IMG/VR virus record: IMGVR_UViG_3300023202_000247
Span: 257,462 to 321,461 of that record
Reading direction: 5' to 3' (one strand)
DNA length: 64,000 nucleotides
A program made the position numbers and the translations under genes. Of the stretch, positions 1 to 11,000 are shown piece by piece (the first letter of the stretch is position 1; the number at the start of each line of letters is the position of its first letter). Under the pieces are notes generated by a model. It did no database searches. It saw only the letters and a program-made list of their open reading frames with translations, and was not told the origin of the DNA.

Positions 1-2
1 AT

Positions 3-845
3 GTAACTGACGTTGCTCATAACTTTGGCTGGAATTCATTTTATACAACAACATTGACACTAAAATATGGTCACAAACCTGGAATATATATTCCAACTAT
101 ATTGGATATCGTTGGAAAAATATTGTATAATAGTAGAGAATCTTTTGGATACTTTAGAAATTCTAGATTTGATCATGCAAATTGTGATATACCAATCGGA
201 TCTTTGATATTTGACAATCATCCAACACAAGATGCTGGTATTGATCAGTTGCTCAATGGTACAGCTGGACAACAAAATCAAACTGTTTTAAACAATTTAC
301 TTCTTAGTGTTAGTGGCGCACTAAACCCTGTTGGTTTTAGAAATGTTCAACCAAAGTTGGAGTTGAGGGTTTATTATAGCGGAAATGTTACTGGAGTTTC
401 AAATGATGCTTTGGTAGACACCGCTGAGTCAGTTATAGAGTGGTTGAAAAATCCTGAACAAAAAGCTATAAATCCTGGTATACAATTGATGCCGGAAAAG
501 AAAGATGAGTCTCAAGGATCATTTGGAATCAACGATGGAGAGGCTTCTGTTGTTACTGTGAACATATCTGAAAATGGCGAAAGAAGTCCTTCGAGCACTG
601 CTTGGAACTCTGTAAGAAAACTTTTACGATCGAACGCTGCCCCTGGTTCTTTTGATTTTCCTGGTCAACCATCCAGGGCTCAGGATGAAATTTTGTCGAG
701 ACATGTTATCGATTTATGGATTACATTTGAAAGTGTTATAGATACTCCTGAGACACGTGCTCCGGGACAAAGCGCTTTGTCTGAATATGAGCAAGGCATT
801 CAAGAGCAGATTGACGATGCTAGAAAGAATAGAGCTGATACATAA
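3..845 (+). CDS. Baseplate hub / late-control-D (gp27-like) protein, C-terminal part; 5'-truncated by window edge
   Basis: Frame is open from position 3 (VTDVAHNFGWNSFYTTTLTLKYG...), resembling the 'V..V.H.F....F.T.L.L..G' end of gpD/gp27 hubs; lies directly upstream of the spike gene. Confidence 0.55.
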   Translation, partial: VTDVAHNFGWNSFYTTTLTLKYGHKPGIYIPTILDIVGKILYNSRESFGYFRNSRFDHANCDIPIGSLIFDNHPTQDAGIDQLLNGTAGQQNQTVLNNLLLSVSGALNPVGFRNVQPKLELRVYYSGNVTGVSNDALVDTAESVIEWLKNPEQKAINPGIQLMPEKKDESQGSFGINDGEASVVTVNISENGERSPSSTAWNSVRKLLRSNAAPGSFDFPGQPSRAQDEILSRHVIDLWITFESVIDTPETRAPGQSALSEYEQGIQEQIDDARKNRADT

Positions 846-2893
846 TGGCATATGATTCTGACAGTTTTAGCGTCGGTCCCATTCCGGGATTTGCCCGCGA
901 GGGCACCGTAACTGGTGTCAACCTCAATCGCGGCACGATGAATATCAAACTCAATCTTGCAAAAAGTGATAAACAAACTTTTCGTGATATAGAGGTTGAA
1001 ATTCCCGCGGCGTGGACGGGTCCAAATGGAGAATGGGCCGGCGGTTGTCCAGCTAGAGGAAGTACTGTTTGGGCTGTACTAGCTACGGGTGGCAGGTGGA
1101 CTGTTTTAAATTATGTTCCAAGCGATGGTGCATTTGGAAATCGTAACACACCAGATAGTGGTTTTTCAACATCTAAAAACATTTTATCCTCCCTGAAGCC
1201 TGGTAGATATGTTTCACAGGTAAAAAATAATGTAAGGCATTTACTTGACCCCAACATTGGAATCCAGTTTGGGTCTCCTGTTGATTTCGTTCATGCTGAT
1301 CCTACAACACCAGTTTCTAAACGTAGTATTTATTCATACAAGTTCAAGCAAAGTTTTGCATTTACTGATGCATCTAGAAAAATTGAAGGACCGGTAAAAA
1401 GAGACAAAGGTTCCAATAGCCTAAGAGATATTTCAGGTTCAGCTCTTACATCACACTCTTATGATTCGTCTTTAACAACTATAGGGTTGGATCCTGTTAC
1501 AGCAGCAGGACCAGCATTTATAAGAAACCCACCTTTCATCGAAAGCAGAAAAGTTGTTTATGAGTACTCTTTTAGTTATGGCTATACAACCGATAGTGAA
1601 GAGGCAGTTGAATACGATACAAATATTCCACCAGATATAAGTGAAACGTTTAAAAGGCGTGATAGCAGGGCTGATGCTTTGAGTCTTTCTTTGGTTGAGC
1701 CAAATCAACTGATGGAAAGGATAGCTGGAACAGTTGTTGATATTTATGGAAACATTTTGGATATCAACAGAAACAAACTGCCCAACGGTTTGATTGATGA
1801 ATTGAATTTAAAGTCCAATGCTGAAAACCAATCGGCAACATTTGTCAATTTGCTTGCGCAAACGCGAAAGAGCATTGCTTATCATTTTGAATTGAATGCA
1901 AGAAAGAGCGAAGTTCCAAGCAGAGGAAGTTATTTCCCGGAATCAGACTCTCTGATAGATTACGCTAGAGACAGAAGTAGATTATCATTCGATGTAGATA
2001 AGGAAGGTCAGTTCAAGCTCAATGTTCCAGCGTCAAGCGAGACGGGCAATGTTGGTTTGTTAACACGTTATGAAAATTATAGTACGTTAAAAGCATTTGA
2101 AGATGATACAGACCCTAGAAATTTTGTTAGAAATAGTACCGAAACTGATATTTTTTTGGAAAGTTATGGTGTTGGAGTTGTAAGTTTGACGGGCGATGAT
2201 CAGGCTTTAGAAGGTTTTGCAGCTCCTGTTGATCGTATCACGGATACACCAATAAAACTTGGTACTGCTTATCATAACTTACAAGATACTTTACAAATTC
2301 ACAATAGAAGCTTGGAAGGTGATGATCTTCTACCTGTTCAGGTTTATGCAGATAGTTTGTTGAATGACACTTCATTGATTCCACCACCTGGAGACGTTGT
2401 AACTCCAAACATCACCGTCTCTGGTCCAAACGCAAATGCTGGTGGTAGAAGTGGAACAATTAATTTTGATGGAATGATTAGTTGTAATGTTGGTGCAAAC
2501 ACGGTTGATCGACAGTCTTTGTGGTTCGATACGGCTGGAGGTATCGTTGCAAACGTTGGCAGAGATGTTTTTGATAGAAGCTTGGCGGCTCGTTTTGATG
2601 GAGATATATTGGTTCAAATAGGTGGAACCACCGTATCAAACGATTCCAGATTTCAGAATTTGAACAATGGTGTTAAAGATGGTGTTTTAGATATAAGAGT
2701 TGTAAATAATGCTCAGATGCACATTGTAAGAATAGATAAAACCGGAGTGTCTATAGCATCGTCTGGTCGTTTGGATATTTTCTCAGCACAGGATATGAAG
2801 TTTACAGCTTTGGGTGATATGATATTTGACGCTGAAGGTATTTATATGTATGGCAAGAGATGGATTAAGCGTGAAGGAACGAAGACTATTTGA
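845..2893 (+). CDS. Baseplate central spike (gp5/VgrG/gpV-like)
   Basis: N-terminal OB-fold-like segment (REGTVTGVNLNRGTMNIKL...PARGSTVWAVL), C-terminal short beta-strand repeats (IVANVGRD, ILVQIGG, LDIFSAQDMKF), baseplate context. Confidence 0.6.
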   Translation: MAYDSDSFSVGPIPGFAREGTVTGVNLNRGTMNIKLNLAKSDKQTFRDIEVEIPAAWTGPNGEWAGGCPARGSTVWAVLATGGRWTVLNYVPSDGAFGNRNTPDSGFSTSKNILSSLKPGRYVSQVKNNVRHLLDPNIGIQFGSPVDFVHADPTTPVSKRSIYSYKFKQSFAFTDASRKIEGPVKRDKGSNSLRDISGSALTSHSYDSSLTTIGLDPVTAAGPAFIRNPPFIESRKVVYEYSFSYGYTTDSEEAVEYDTNIPPDISETFKRRDSRADALSLSLVEPNQLMERIAGTVVDIYGNILDINRNKLPNGLIDELNLKSNAENQSATFVNLLAQTRKSIAYHFELNARKSEVPSRGSYFPESDSLIDYARDRSRLSFDVDKEGQFKLNVPASSETGNVGLLTRYENYSTLKAFEDDTDPRNFVRNSTETDIFLESYGVGVVSLTGDDQALEGFAAPVDRITDTPIKLGTAYHNLQDTLQIHNRSLEGDDLLPVQVYADSLLNDTSLIPPPGDVVTPNITVSGPNANAGGRSGTINFDGMISCNVGANTVDRQSLWFDTAGGIVANVGRDVFDRSLAARFDGDILVQIGGTTVSNDSRFQNLNNGVKDGVLDIRVVNNAQMHIVRIDKTGVSIASSGRLDIFSAQDMKFTALGDMIFDAEGIYMYGKRWIKREGTKTI

Positions 2894-2907
2894 TATATTG
2901 GTAATGT

Positions 2908-3822
2908 ATGAACCGAAATGAACGCAAAATTCGTCAACGTTTTCGTGAAGATTGTAAAAAGTTTAAACCAAACTATGTTCCATCAGATTATGATTATCTA
3001 AAGTTTAAGGTTTGTAATATTTGTTTTAATTTCTTTTCAAGAAAAAAATTAACATATAGATGCGATAGTTGCAGGTACAAAAAAAGAAAACATAATGAAC
3101 GCATTGCTCACTTAAATAAGATGAAATTAAAATATAAAAAGCAATGCAAAAAGCTTTATGGAGAAAATTATATACCATCAGATGACGAATATCTATTTCA
3201 TAAATTTTGTAAAAAATGTAATAGCATAAAAAACTTAAAATGCTTTAGTTTTAAACGTGCAAACATGTGTTTAAATTGTAGCAACAAATCAAGACGTTTA
3301 TCTCAAAAAAAATTTCATGAAAATAATCCAGATGCTTCTTCTATATATAGAAGAAAAACTTATTTAAAAAATAAGAAAAAAATTCTTGAAAAGCAAAGAA
3401 AAGACCGTAAAAAGCCAGAAAATTTAGTAAAAGAACGAGAGCGAAAAAGAAAATATAGAATGAGAAGACCGGACCCTCGCAAAACAAATATATGTTTGAG
3501 ACTTCATCATAGTATTTCTGTTATAATACGTTCTGCTATTAAAAAAGATAGAGAATCTATAAAACATAAACTTGATTATACTATATATGAACTTAAAAAG
3601 CATTTAGAAGCACAATTTGAACCATGGATGAGCTGGGATAATTGGGGTATATATGATCCATCAACATGGACATGGCAAATTGATCATATTATACCACGGA
3701 GTAATCTACAATATAAAACAATGGATGATGAAAATTTTAAAAAATGCTGGGCCTTAGATAATTTACGACCTCTTAACTCTAAAGTTAATATAATGGATGG
3801 TGTAAATAGAAGGAGGCATTAA
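2908..3822 (+). CDS. Free-standing HNH-type endonuclease with N-terminal Cys-rich zinc-finger repeats
   Basis: C-terminal PWMSWDNWG...WQIDHIIP...CWALDNLRPL..N motif; four CxxC pairs; very basic; visibly more AT-rich than flanking genes. Confidence 0.7.
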   Translation: MNRNERKIRQRFREDCKKFKPNYVPSDYDYLKFKVCNICFNFFSRKKLTYRCDSCRYKKRKHNERIAHLNKMKLKYKKQCKKLYGENYIPSDDEYLFHKFCKKCNSIKNLKCFSFKRANMCLNCSNKSRRLSQKKFHENNPDASSIYRRKTYLKNKKKILEKQRKDRKKPENLVKERERKRKYRMRRPDPRKTNICLRLHHSISVIIRSAIKKDRESIKHKLDYTIYELKKHLEAQFEPWMSWDNWGIYDPSTWTWQIDHIIPRSNLQYKTMDDENFKKCWALDNLRPLNSKVNIMDGVNRRRH

Positions 3823-3823
3823 A

Positions 3824-5905
3824 ATGCCGTGCGACCCCGGAGCTAACACCCTTAACCCTTTGGCGCTAGGCCCACCGCCCGCAGTGCCTGGGTTTGGTTT
3901 GCCTTTTGGACCCATTCAAATACCATTTCCCGACGTTCAGCTTCCGGATGGAATTCCCGAAGACCTCTTACAGCTCATAGAAGACTTCTTAACAAATTTC
4001 CCCGGTGGACCATTTCGTCCAAATTTTGATAATTTTGCAAAAGATGTACTCGACGCCTTGGCTAGTCTGTTCAATCAACTAGCGCCATACCTCGGTTTAT
4101 ACAGATTTCTTCAAGCATTACTAAATATCATTCTTTGTATCATTGACATTCTTTGTGCAGCAACGAATCCATTTAGCATGTTACGTGCACTTCGTCGTTT
4201 GTTCAAACGATGCTTACCAGACTTTCTTAATCTTTTTCCATGGTTAGCTTTGATAGCAATGATTATAGCATTGCTACTTTTGTTATTGGCACTCATACAA
4301 TATCTCATAGAGCAAATCATTGCTTTGATTCAAGACATCATTGAAAACTTGCTGTTGTTATCTGAAGCTGTTCTGTTTGATGACTCTGAGAGACAGCTTG
4401 CAGCTGCTAGAAAAATTGCACAAGTTCTTTGCATCATAGAGCAATTGTTTGCGATACTGATTGCGTTTCAAGCTATACTTGCAATTATTAGTGCACTTGC
4501 TGATCTCGGTGGACGTACTGTGTGTGGAAAGCAAGGTTCCACTGGCGGTGATGATTTCGAGTGTTGTCCAGATGATGTGTGTCCACCATTCATTTTTAAC
4601 AATCCAGATGGTTTAACCGGTACACTTGGACAGCTTGTTTACTATCGAGAGATTGATAACAATGTATCACTGCTACCAGTTGGTATCGAACTGCCGCCAA
4701 TACGAAACGAAAGTTGGCAATTCTTTGATGCTGAAACTCAAACGTATAACTTTAGTGACATCATAACAAAAATTGATGATAATATATTTTGGCCTGAAGG
4801 TCAAACTTATGATGCTGATGCAACTGTAAAGAGAATACCTTATATTTTGGATATGCGTCTAACAGTTGATCCGGCAACATTCAACCTGCCAGATCCGGTT
4901 GGTGGCAGTCGTGAGTTTTTCATCAAAGATGTTGTTGTTATACGAAAACCAACACTTACTGTTACTGATTATGATGGCACCACCACTCCAGAAACAAACG
5001 GAGTATTGCGCTTGGAAGGTGGTCTCGTTTATGAAAGTGATGAAACAACACCATTCGATGTAGGTGGCAGTCAAGCAACTCTAAATGATTTCATACATTT
5101 AACTTCAGGCATTGGATTGCCTTCTAGTGATGATGGTTATGTTATCTCTAATATTTCTTATACATTGAGAATCAACCATCCGGTGCTCATACAAGAGGCA
5201 TTGATTACGATGGGATGTGATCCTGATTTGCAAATCGAGACCACTGCTCTCAATAGCACATTGGAAATTACTAGTGTGTTGAGCAGAATTGGAGAGTTGC
5301 CAGATGTAGCTGGCACAGTTGATTGTTTGAATGATACTATCGCTTCTATTAGAAGTGATGTATCACCAACAAATGTTGCTACTCAAAGCGCAAACCTTCA
5401 AACATGTTTGAATGATTTGAGAGAACAAACGTTAACAACATATGAAAATGCAGTTACTGCTGGAACCAATGTCTACTCTAGCACGATTGAGTTGGATACC
5501 GATGTTCAATTCATCAACAATCCTATAAATGTTAAAGTTACATTAAAAGATGCTGGTGGTACTACACTAAGCTTTAGAGTTCCAAATGACGTTGAAAACT
5601 CACTATCTTCTAAGATTGTAGGAGATCCATCTCTGGGAACGATAACAAACTTTGCATTTGACGGCTATGAATCTTTTGTTGCAGAGCTTACATCGCCGAC
5701 ACCTGGCGATGGATATTTGGGAGTATCATTCGATAATCAGGTATTTAGTAGTATAATCAATCGAGATAACGATGATTTGCCAACAACTATAATAGAAAAT
5801 AAGGTTCCATATACGTTTGTTGGCACTCCAGTATCTGCTGTTTCTGATGAAAATGGTCTGGAGCGTCGTGATGAGGTTGATATCGGAATTGATGGAAGCT
5901 CATAA
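3824..5905 (+). CDS. Putative tail/baseplate-associated protein with hydrophobic N-terminal helices
   Basis: 693-aa ORF, RBS AGGAGG, translationally coupled to next gene, long Leu/Ile/Ala stretches at about aa 135-230. Confidence 0.5.
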   Translation: MPCDPGANTLNPLALGPPPAVPGFGLPFGPIQIPFPDVQLPDGIPEDLLQLIEDFLTNFPGGPFRPNFDNFAKDVLDALASLFNQLAPYLGLYRFLQALLNIILCIIDILCAATNPFSMLRALRRLFKRCLPDFLNLFPWLALIAMIIALLLLLLALIQYLIEQIIALIQDIIENLLLLSEAVLFDDSERQLAAARKIAQVLCIIEQLFAILIAFQAILAIISALADLGGRTVCGKQGSTGGDDFECCPDDVCPPFIFNNPDGLTGTLGQLVYYREIDNNVSLLPVGIELPPIRNESWQFFDAETQTYNFSDIITKIDDNIFWPEGQTYDADATVKRIPYILDMRLTVDPATFNLPDPVGGSREFFIKDVVVIRKPTLTVTDYDGTTTPETNGVLRLEGGLVYESDETTPFDVGGSQATLNDFIHLTSGIGLPSSDDGYVISNISYTLRINHPVLIQEALITMGCDPDLQIETTALNSTLEITSVLSRIGELPDVAGTVDCLNDTIASIRSDVSPTNVATQSANLQTCLNDLREQTLTTYENAVTAGTNVYSSTIELDTDVQFINNPINVKVTLKDAGGTTLSFRVPNDVENSLSSKIVGDPSLGTITNFAFDGYESFVAELTSPTPGDGYLGVSFDNQVFSSIINRDNDDLPTTIIENKVPYTFVGTPVSAVSDENGLERRDEVDIGIDGSS

Positions 5906-7593
5906 TGGCCCTACCTGAAGAAATAAAAGAAAACGATATAGAAGATATCCAAACAATTGAGCTCGATCTTCAAGCTCTCGTGGACAAGTATGTCAAACCC
6001 ATTGAGCAATTCAGGAGTGCTGCGGCACCAGCTCAATTGTTAGCTCGTTCCGTACGCAGGAATGACTTTACTGTCACCGGGATAACTCAGGCTTTGAGTG
6101 ATGAGTTGAACAGAGCAAGTTTTGATCCATCAGAGGCTCAAGAAAGCCGAGCGCATTGTTTTTATAGAATGATTGGCTTGCCAGTAATGGATAGTAATGG
6201 TCTTTTTTACAATCCGGGTTTCAATCCGAGACAGACTGACAAAGAACTAATAGCAAATGCTAGAATTGCTAATGGTGTGCCAACAGCTGTAACTGAGTTA
6301 CAAACACGAAGAGAGTTTAGCGCTAGAAATAGAAAGGCTTATTTCAAAAGGGCCGGTCTTGACGCTTCAATTTTCGCAGTTGCGATGTCTCTCATTCCAA
6401 AAACTACATTTCAAATCATAGATACGGCTTTGGGACCTCAAGATTTGGATCCTCAGACGTATACTTTAACCGACAGAAAACAGATTCAAACCAGATATAC
6501 TGATTTGAATGGTAATGAATTGACAAAGTTTTTCGAAAGTGGAACTCATATATTGAGACCATTTTTAGTTGATCCAACTATTGCTGAAACTGTGATGCCA
6601 GAGCAACGACTTATCTGTCAACCATTTTTGAATGAAGCGGCTACCAGAATAGAGAAAAATAAAGAACTTCTCAGGCCGGTAATTGAATTCGTATTAAGGC
6701 TTAGACTGAGACAATCTCCAACAGATGCTAGCAATATTGCTGGGCAAGTTATTTTAAGCCTTGATAATAATGCTGATATTACCGGTTTGTCACAAGCAGA
6801 GTTAAAGCAATTATCGTTAGCTTTGCTAGATGAAAACAAGGTTGATGGGCAACAGGTAAACAGACTGTACACTACGCCGTTTGACATCGTTCAGTTGAAT
6901 AAATTTGTTAAAACTATAAAAGGTTTAATTAAAAAACTGGTTGATGCTGTTGAAGAAATTTTTGATATAAGCAGAAACATACCTTGGACACCATTGCCTG
7001 GCGATCGTGGGCCCGAGTTTCCATCTGATTTGACATTTAACGGATTGCTCATTGATAAGGTAAAAAATTCTGAATTAGAAAAAAGAATTCAAAGTTTGAC
7101 AATCAAAGCGCAAAACTCTGAAAGACAGGGAAATGCTCGTATTGCAACTGAAAAATTTGCTCTAAGCATGTATGAAAACGTAGAAAAAAACTTTCAGGCG
7201 GATTTAGATGAGGCAAAAGATCAAAGAAATGACTTCGTGACGAGAGGTGCGCAGGCTCTTGCCACGATTGAATACATTACAGGCGAGGTAAGTGGACTAG
7301 GATTGATAGACATTTTGTCAATTTATACTGCATTGTGGGCCATAGATTTGAACGTTTTGATTAGTTTATTAGATAATTCTGCTTTTGAAAGGCTATATGA
7401 GTTTAATCCTGATTTGAGAAATACTCAGGTACAAATTCGAAGAGATGGTGGTCCAGCATTTGGCGGTCTTGATGCCTTAGATCGTTTCGAATCACAAGTT
7501 ATCAGCATACTATCTTTTGCAGAAAGTGAATTCGAAAAACAGCTATCCAACCCAGTTGTTGGTGAGGGTGGCGAGCCTCCGAGGGAACAATGA
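5905..7593 (+). CDS. Hypothetical protein (putative virion/baseplate)
   Basis: 562-aa ORF coupled (TAATG) between structural genes; no recognisable motif. Confidence 0.45.
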   Translation: MALPEEIKENDIEDIQTIELDLQALVDKYVKPIEQFRSAAAPAQLLARSVRRNDFTVTGITQALSDELNRASFDPSEAQESRAHCFYRMIGLPVMDSNGLFYNPGFNPRQTDKELIANARIANGVPTAVTELQTRREFSARNRKAYFKRAGLDASIFAVAMSLIPKTTFQIIDTALGPQDLDPQTYTLTDRKQIQTRYTDLNGNELTKFFESGTHILRPFLVDPTIAETVMPEQRLICQPFLNEAATRIEKNKELLRPVIEFVLRLRLRQSPTDASNIAGQVILSLDNNADITGLSQAELKQLSLALLDENKVDGQQVNRLYTTPFDIVQLNKFVKTIKGLIKKLVDAVEEIFDISRNIPWTPLPGDRGPEFPSDLTFNGLLIDKVKNSELEKRIQSLTIKAQNSERQGNARIATEKFALSMYENVEKNFQADLDEAKDQRNDFVTRGAQALATIEYITGEVSGLGLIDILSIYTALWAIDLNVLISLLDNSAFERLYEFNPDLRNTQVQIRRDGGPAFGGLDALDRFESQVISILSFAESEFEKQLSNPVVGEGGEPPREQ

Positions 7594-8021
7594 GTTTTGA
7601 TTTGAAATTGAAACAGGGTGATTTAGCTATAGGTTCAGATGGTGATTTAGCCATAGTTGAAAATTCAGAGAAATTGACACAAGAGGTTTTGAAGATATTA
7701 ACAACTAGAATAGGAGCCAATCCATTTTTTCCATGGTATGGTTCACCCATTGATAAATCTTTAATTGGAAATGCGTTCGAGGAACGTTTCGTGGCGGCAG
7801 TTGCCTCCAATCAAGTTCGAGGCTCTTTAGAAAATTTGCAACGTCTTCAAGAAGAAGAGTTAAAAAAAGGTGTTCTAATAACACCTCAAGAGCAAATAGC
7901 TGCGATACAAGACATAGATGTTAGAAGAAATACCGTAGACCCTCGTTTTTATTCACTCACACTAACCGTACTTAGCAAAGCATTTACCAGGGTAAATACC
8001 AATCTTACAGTTTCTCTTTGA
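7590..8021 (+). CDS. Baseplate wedge subunit, gp25/GPW family
   Basis: DLKL..GDLAIG.DGDL...KLTQEV.KIL.T..G.NPFFPWYGS...LIG pattern; 143 aa; directly before baseplate J. Confidence 0.85.
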   Translation: MSFDLKLKQGDLAIGSDGDLAIVENSEKLTQEVLKILTTRIGANPFFPWYGSPIDKSLIGNAFEERFVAAVASNQVRGSLENLQRLQEEELKKGVLITPQEQIAAIQDIDVRRNTVDPRFYSLTLTVLSKAFTRVNTNLTVSL

Positions 8022-8065
8022 TTATCGACAAAAGCCTTGTGGTATGCATTGTTTTGCATATCGAT

Positions 8066-8077
8066 GATATATAAATA
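8066..8077 (+). promoter_or_regulatory. Putative late promoter GATATATAAATA
   Basis: Identical 12-mer also at 40812-40823; contains the T4 late-promoter consensus TATAAATA; intergenic, upstream of baseplate J. Confidence 0.55.
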
Positions 8078-8098
8078 CCTGGATTAACAAGGCTTTAA

Positions 8099-11000
8099 AT
8101 GGTTCGCATACGCAAAGTAAATGATATTATATTAAGCTCTCTAGATTTCTATCGTTCAGCTCAACCGCGCCTAGATACGAAGCCTGGAACCATATCCAGA
8201 GATATTCTGGTGGATGGCCCATCTGCGCAAATAGCTAGATTGTATGAAGAGTTGGCGCGCATCAAAGATTCTCAGTCAATTAGAACGGCTCTCGGTGTCG
8301 ATCTTGATAGGCTTGGAGCAAACTTTGGCAAGAGTAGAAAACAGGGTAGCAAGGCTAGCGGGCAAGCTTTAGTTACTTTCAACGAGATAGATGCTGATAT
8401 TCCAATTAGTCGTGGTGATATCGTAACAGCAAATAATGGTGCAACATTTACAGTAACAACAAATACGACTGTTGCGGCAAATAATATAAATGTTTATAGA
8501 GCTACTGCCTCTAAGTTTAGAAGCGATTTAGATTTTGTTGGAATAACGGATCAATATGCTGTTGAGGTTTCGGTTGAGGCAACAGCCATCGGTCGATTGG
8601 GAAATGTTAGCAAATATTCCCTTGCTACCATCAGCACCCCTGGAGCCAGCAATGTTACAAATGCATCTTCTTTTGGTGGTGGCACTGATGCTCAAGACGA
8701 TGCAGCTTTCCGTAGTAATATTTTAGGCGTTTTTGGTGGTGCTGCGGCAGGAACAGAAGAGGGTTATCGACAAAAGGCCAGAGAAGACAATGCTGTTCTG
8801 GACGCAATAGTTGTTGGTCCTGGTAATCCTTTGATGACTCGTGATGGTACACAGGTATTTACGGCCGAAGACGGAACTCAAACCATCATAAGTGAAGGTA
8901 CTGGTGGAAAAGTAGATATTTATATTTTTGGTATCAGGCTTGTTGAAATATTAGACAGTTATATTTACAGAGATCAAAGTAACACTGGTGATCCAACTAA
9001 TACAGCAAACGATTTTGTATTGGGACAAATAGAAGCTGATGAGGGTAAAACTGTTGCTCGCAAGCGTTTGGATGATTTGCAAACTGGAGTTTTACCAAAT
9101 CAACCGGCTAACGACATCATTGAGGTTAGTGGGTCCAGCAGCGGCTCTAATTTCACAGCAAAGAGCACTGATATTTTGGGAAGAGTGACGGGAAACTACG
9201 AATTGGTTCGTGATACCGGTGCGTTTGCAGGAAGCCCATGGGGCTTTGACAAGCTCAGGTGGATTGATGATAGAATAAGAGATTTTAATGAATCACAAAC
9301 AAAGGGTAGATTCAACGGACAAGACGCCTTGTCTTTCTCTGATGTCACGAGAGTTGGAGCTATAACTCAAGATATTACTGTTGTAAATGAAAATAGCAGG
9401 GTTTCTAGTAGTGACAGAACAAGCATACAATTGAGCCATTCTCCAGTAGTTACAGTTAGTCGTGTTTTCAACCTAACAACTGGTGAGCGTTATGTTGTCT
9501 CCAGCCAAAATCCCGATGGTGATGGCAGTTTGAATGAAACTGGTCGTATTACCATAAGCGGCAATACATTACCAGCAACTAGTGATACATTGCAGGTTGA
9601 TTATACTTGGCGCTTGGAATATGATCCTAACTTTGATTATGATAATATAGACAAAAGCTCCAACCCGAGAAGCGCCGTTGATAGTGTTGATTGGGGATTC
9701 AACAATGCTGTTCGCAGAGAGCAACAAAATGTTGTTGTTAATGGTAGTCAAAAAACAGTTACTGTTACACATCCAATTACATCTGTAATAAGCGTAAACA
9801 CATTTGTAAGTGAGGCGAGCACTGTAACGTTGGTACAGGGTCGTTTGGCTGTCGTTGTATCAAATACAGTTGCGAATGTTGTTAGTATAGAAAAAGTGTC
9901 TGATGGTGCAGAACTATTTGATACCAGCAATGATGATGGAAGTATCAGTGGTCTAACCATATTTTTGCCAACAGACACAGTCGGCGTAGTTGGAAATTCA
10001 GTTACAGTAATTTATAATGCCGAAGACGTTTATACTTCTGATGGTATTAGTGGAAGTTTTAATGGTAACGTTATAACATTGAGTCAATCAGCATCAGTTA
10101 CTGCTGGCACCATTGTAGAATGTAATTATATAGCAAATGTAAGAACAATTTTGAGCACCACTCTTTTGCCTGCGTTGCCAGCAGTGCGAAACGGTAACGC
10201 ATTCAATACAACGTCACAAAACAATATCGGTACACAACCATATACTTTCGTGTTCAGTGGCAATGTCGTTGAACAAAACTTGAGATTGTCACCGTCCAGA
10301 CTCGGATTAACGATTGCTGGTAACATTTCTGCCGGTGTAATTACCGTCTCTGGAACGACGTTTAGCGGTGTATTTGACGGTGTGTTTACTGTTGGAACCG
10401 CCGGTTTAACGCAAAACCTATCTTCACTCGTCAAAAATGCAATAGGCATAAGTAGCTCTTCTTCAATATCATCCAACTATGAAGTTGTTAGAGTAATAAG
10501 CTGTAGTAAAGTTACAGCAACTGATTCTAACGATGTTTTGAGCGTAGATCATGACTATGACATCAAAGGTTATGAGCTTAGAAACAATACGTTTGTTAAA
10601 GAGGAAGCTATTGTTGATTCAACATTATCAACAACAGAGTTTACACTTCCATCAACTGAAGGTAATATAGATGAAACACCAGAGGTTGGTGACAAGTTAC
10701 AAGTAACTTTTTACATAGCAAATACAGATGCCAGTGAAAACGTTTCATTTAGCAAATCTGGAACATTGTACACTGACAATATATTTGCAATTGTGGACAC
10801 TATTGCAATTTCTAGTGGATTTACGAGTGGCGATTCACAAACAGCAAGTTTGTCCGTTACAGCTCAGAACCAGCCACAGGCTGGAACGAGGTATAATGTT
10901 GCATATGATTACATTGCTCCAAAAAGCAATGAGCGTATATCTATCAGATATAACGAAAACAAGTTGGTAGCGGATACTACTTTAAATATTGAAAATGTTA

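Noticed and set aside
8044-8059. Small inverted repeat ATGCA-TTGTTT-TGCAT upstream of the baseplate J promoter
   Set aside because: Only 5-bp arms, single occurrence, no U-tract; too weak to call an operator or terminator.
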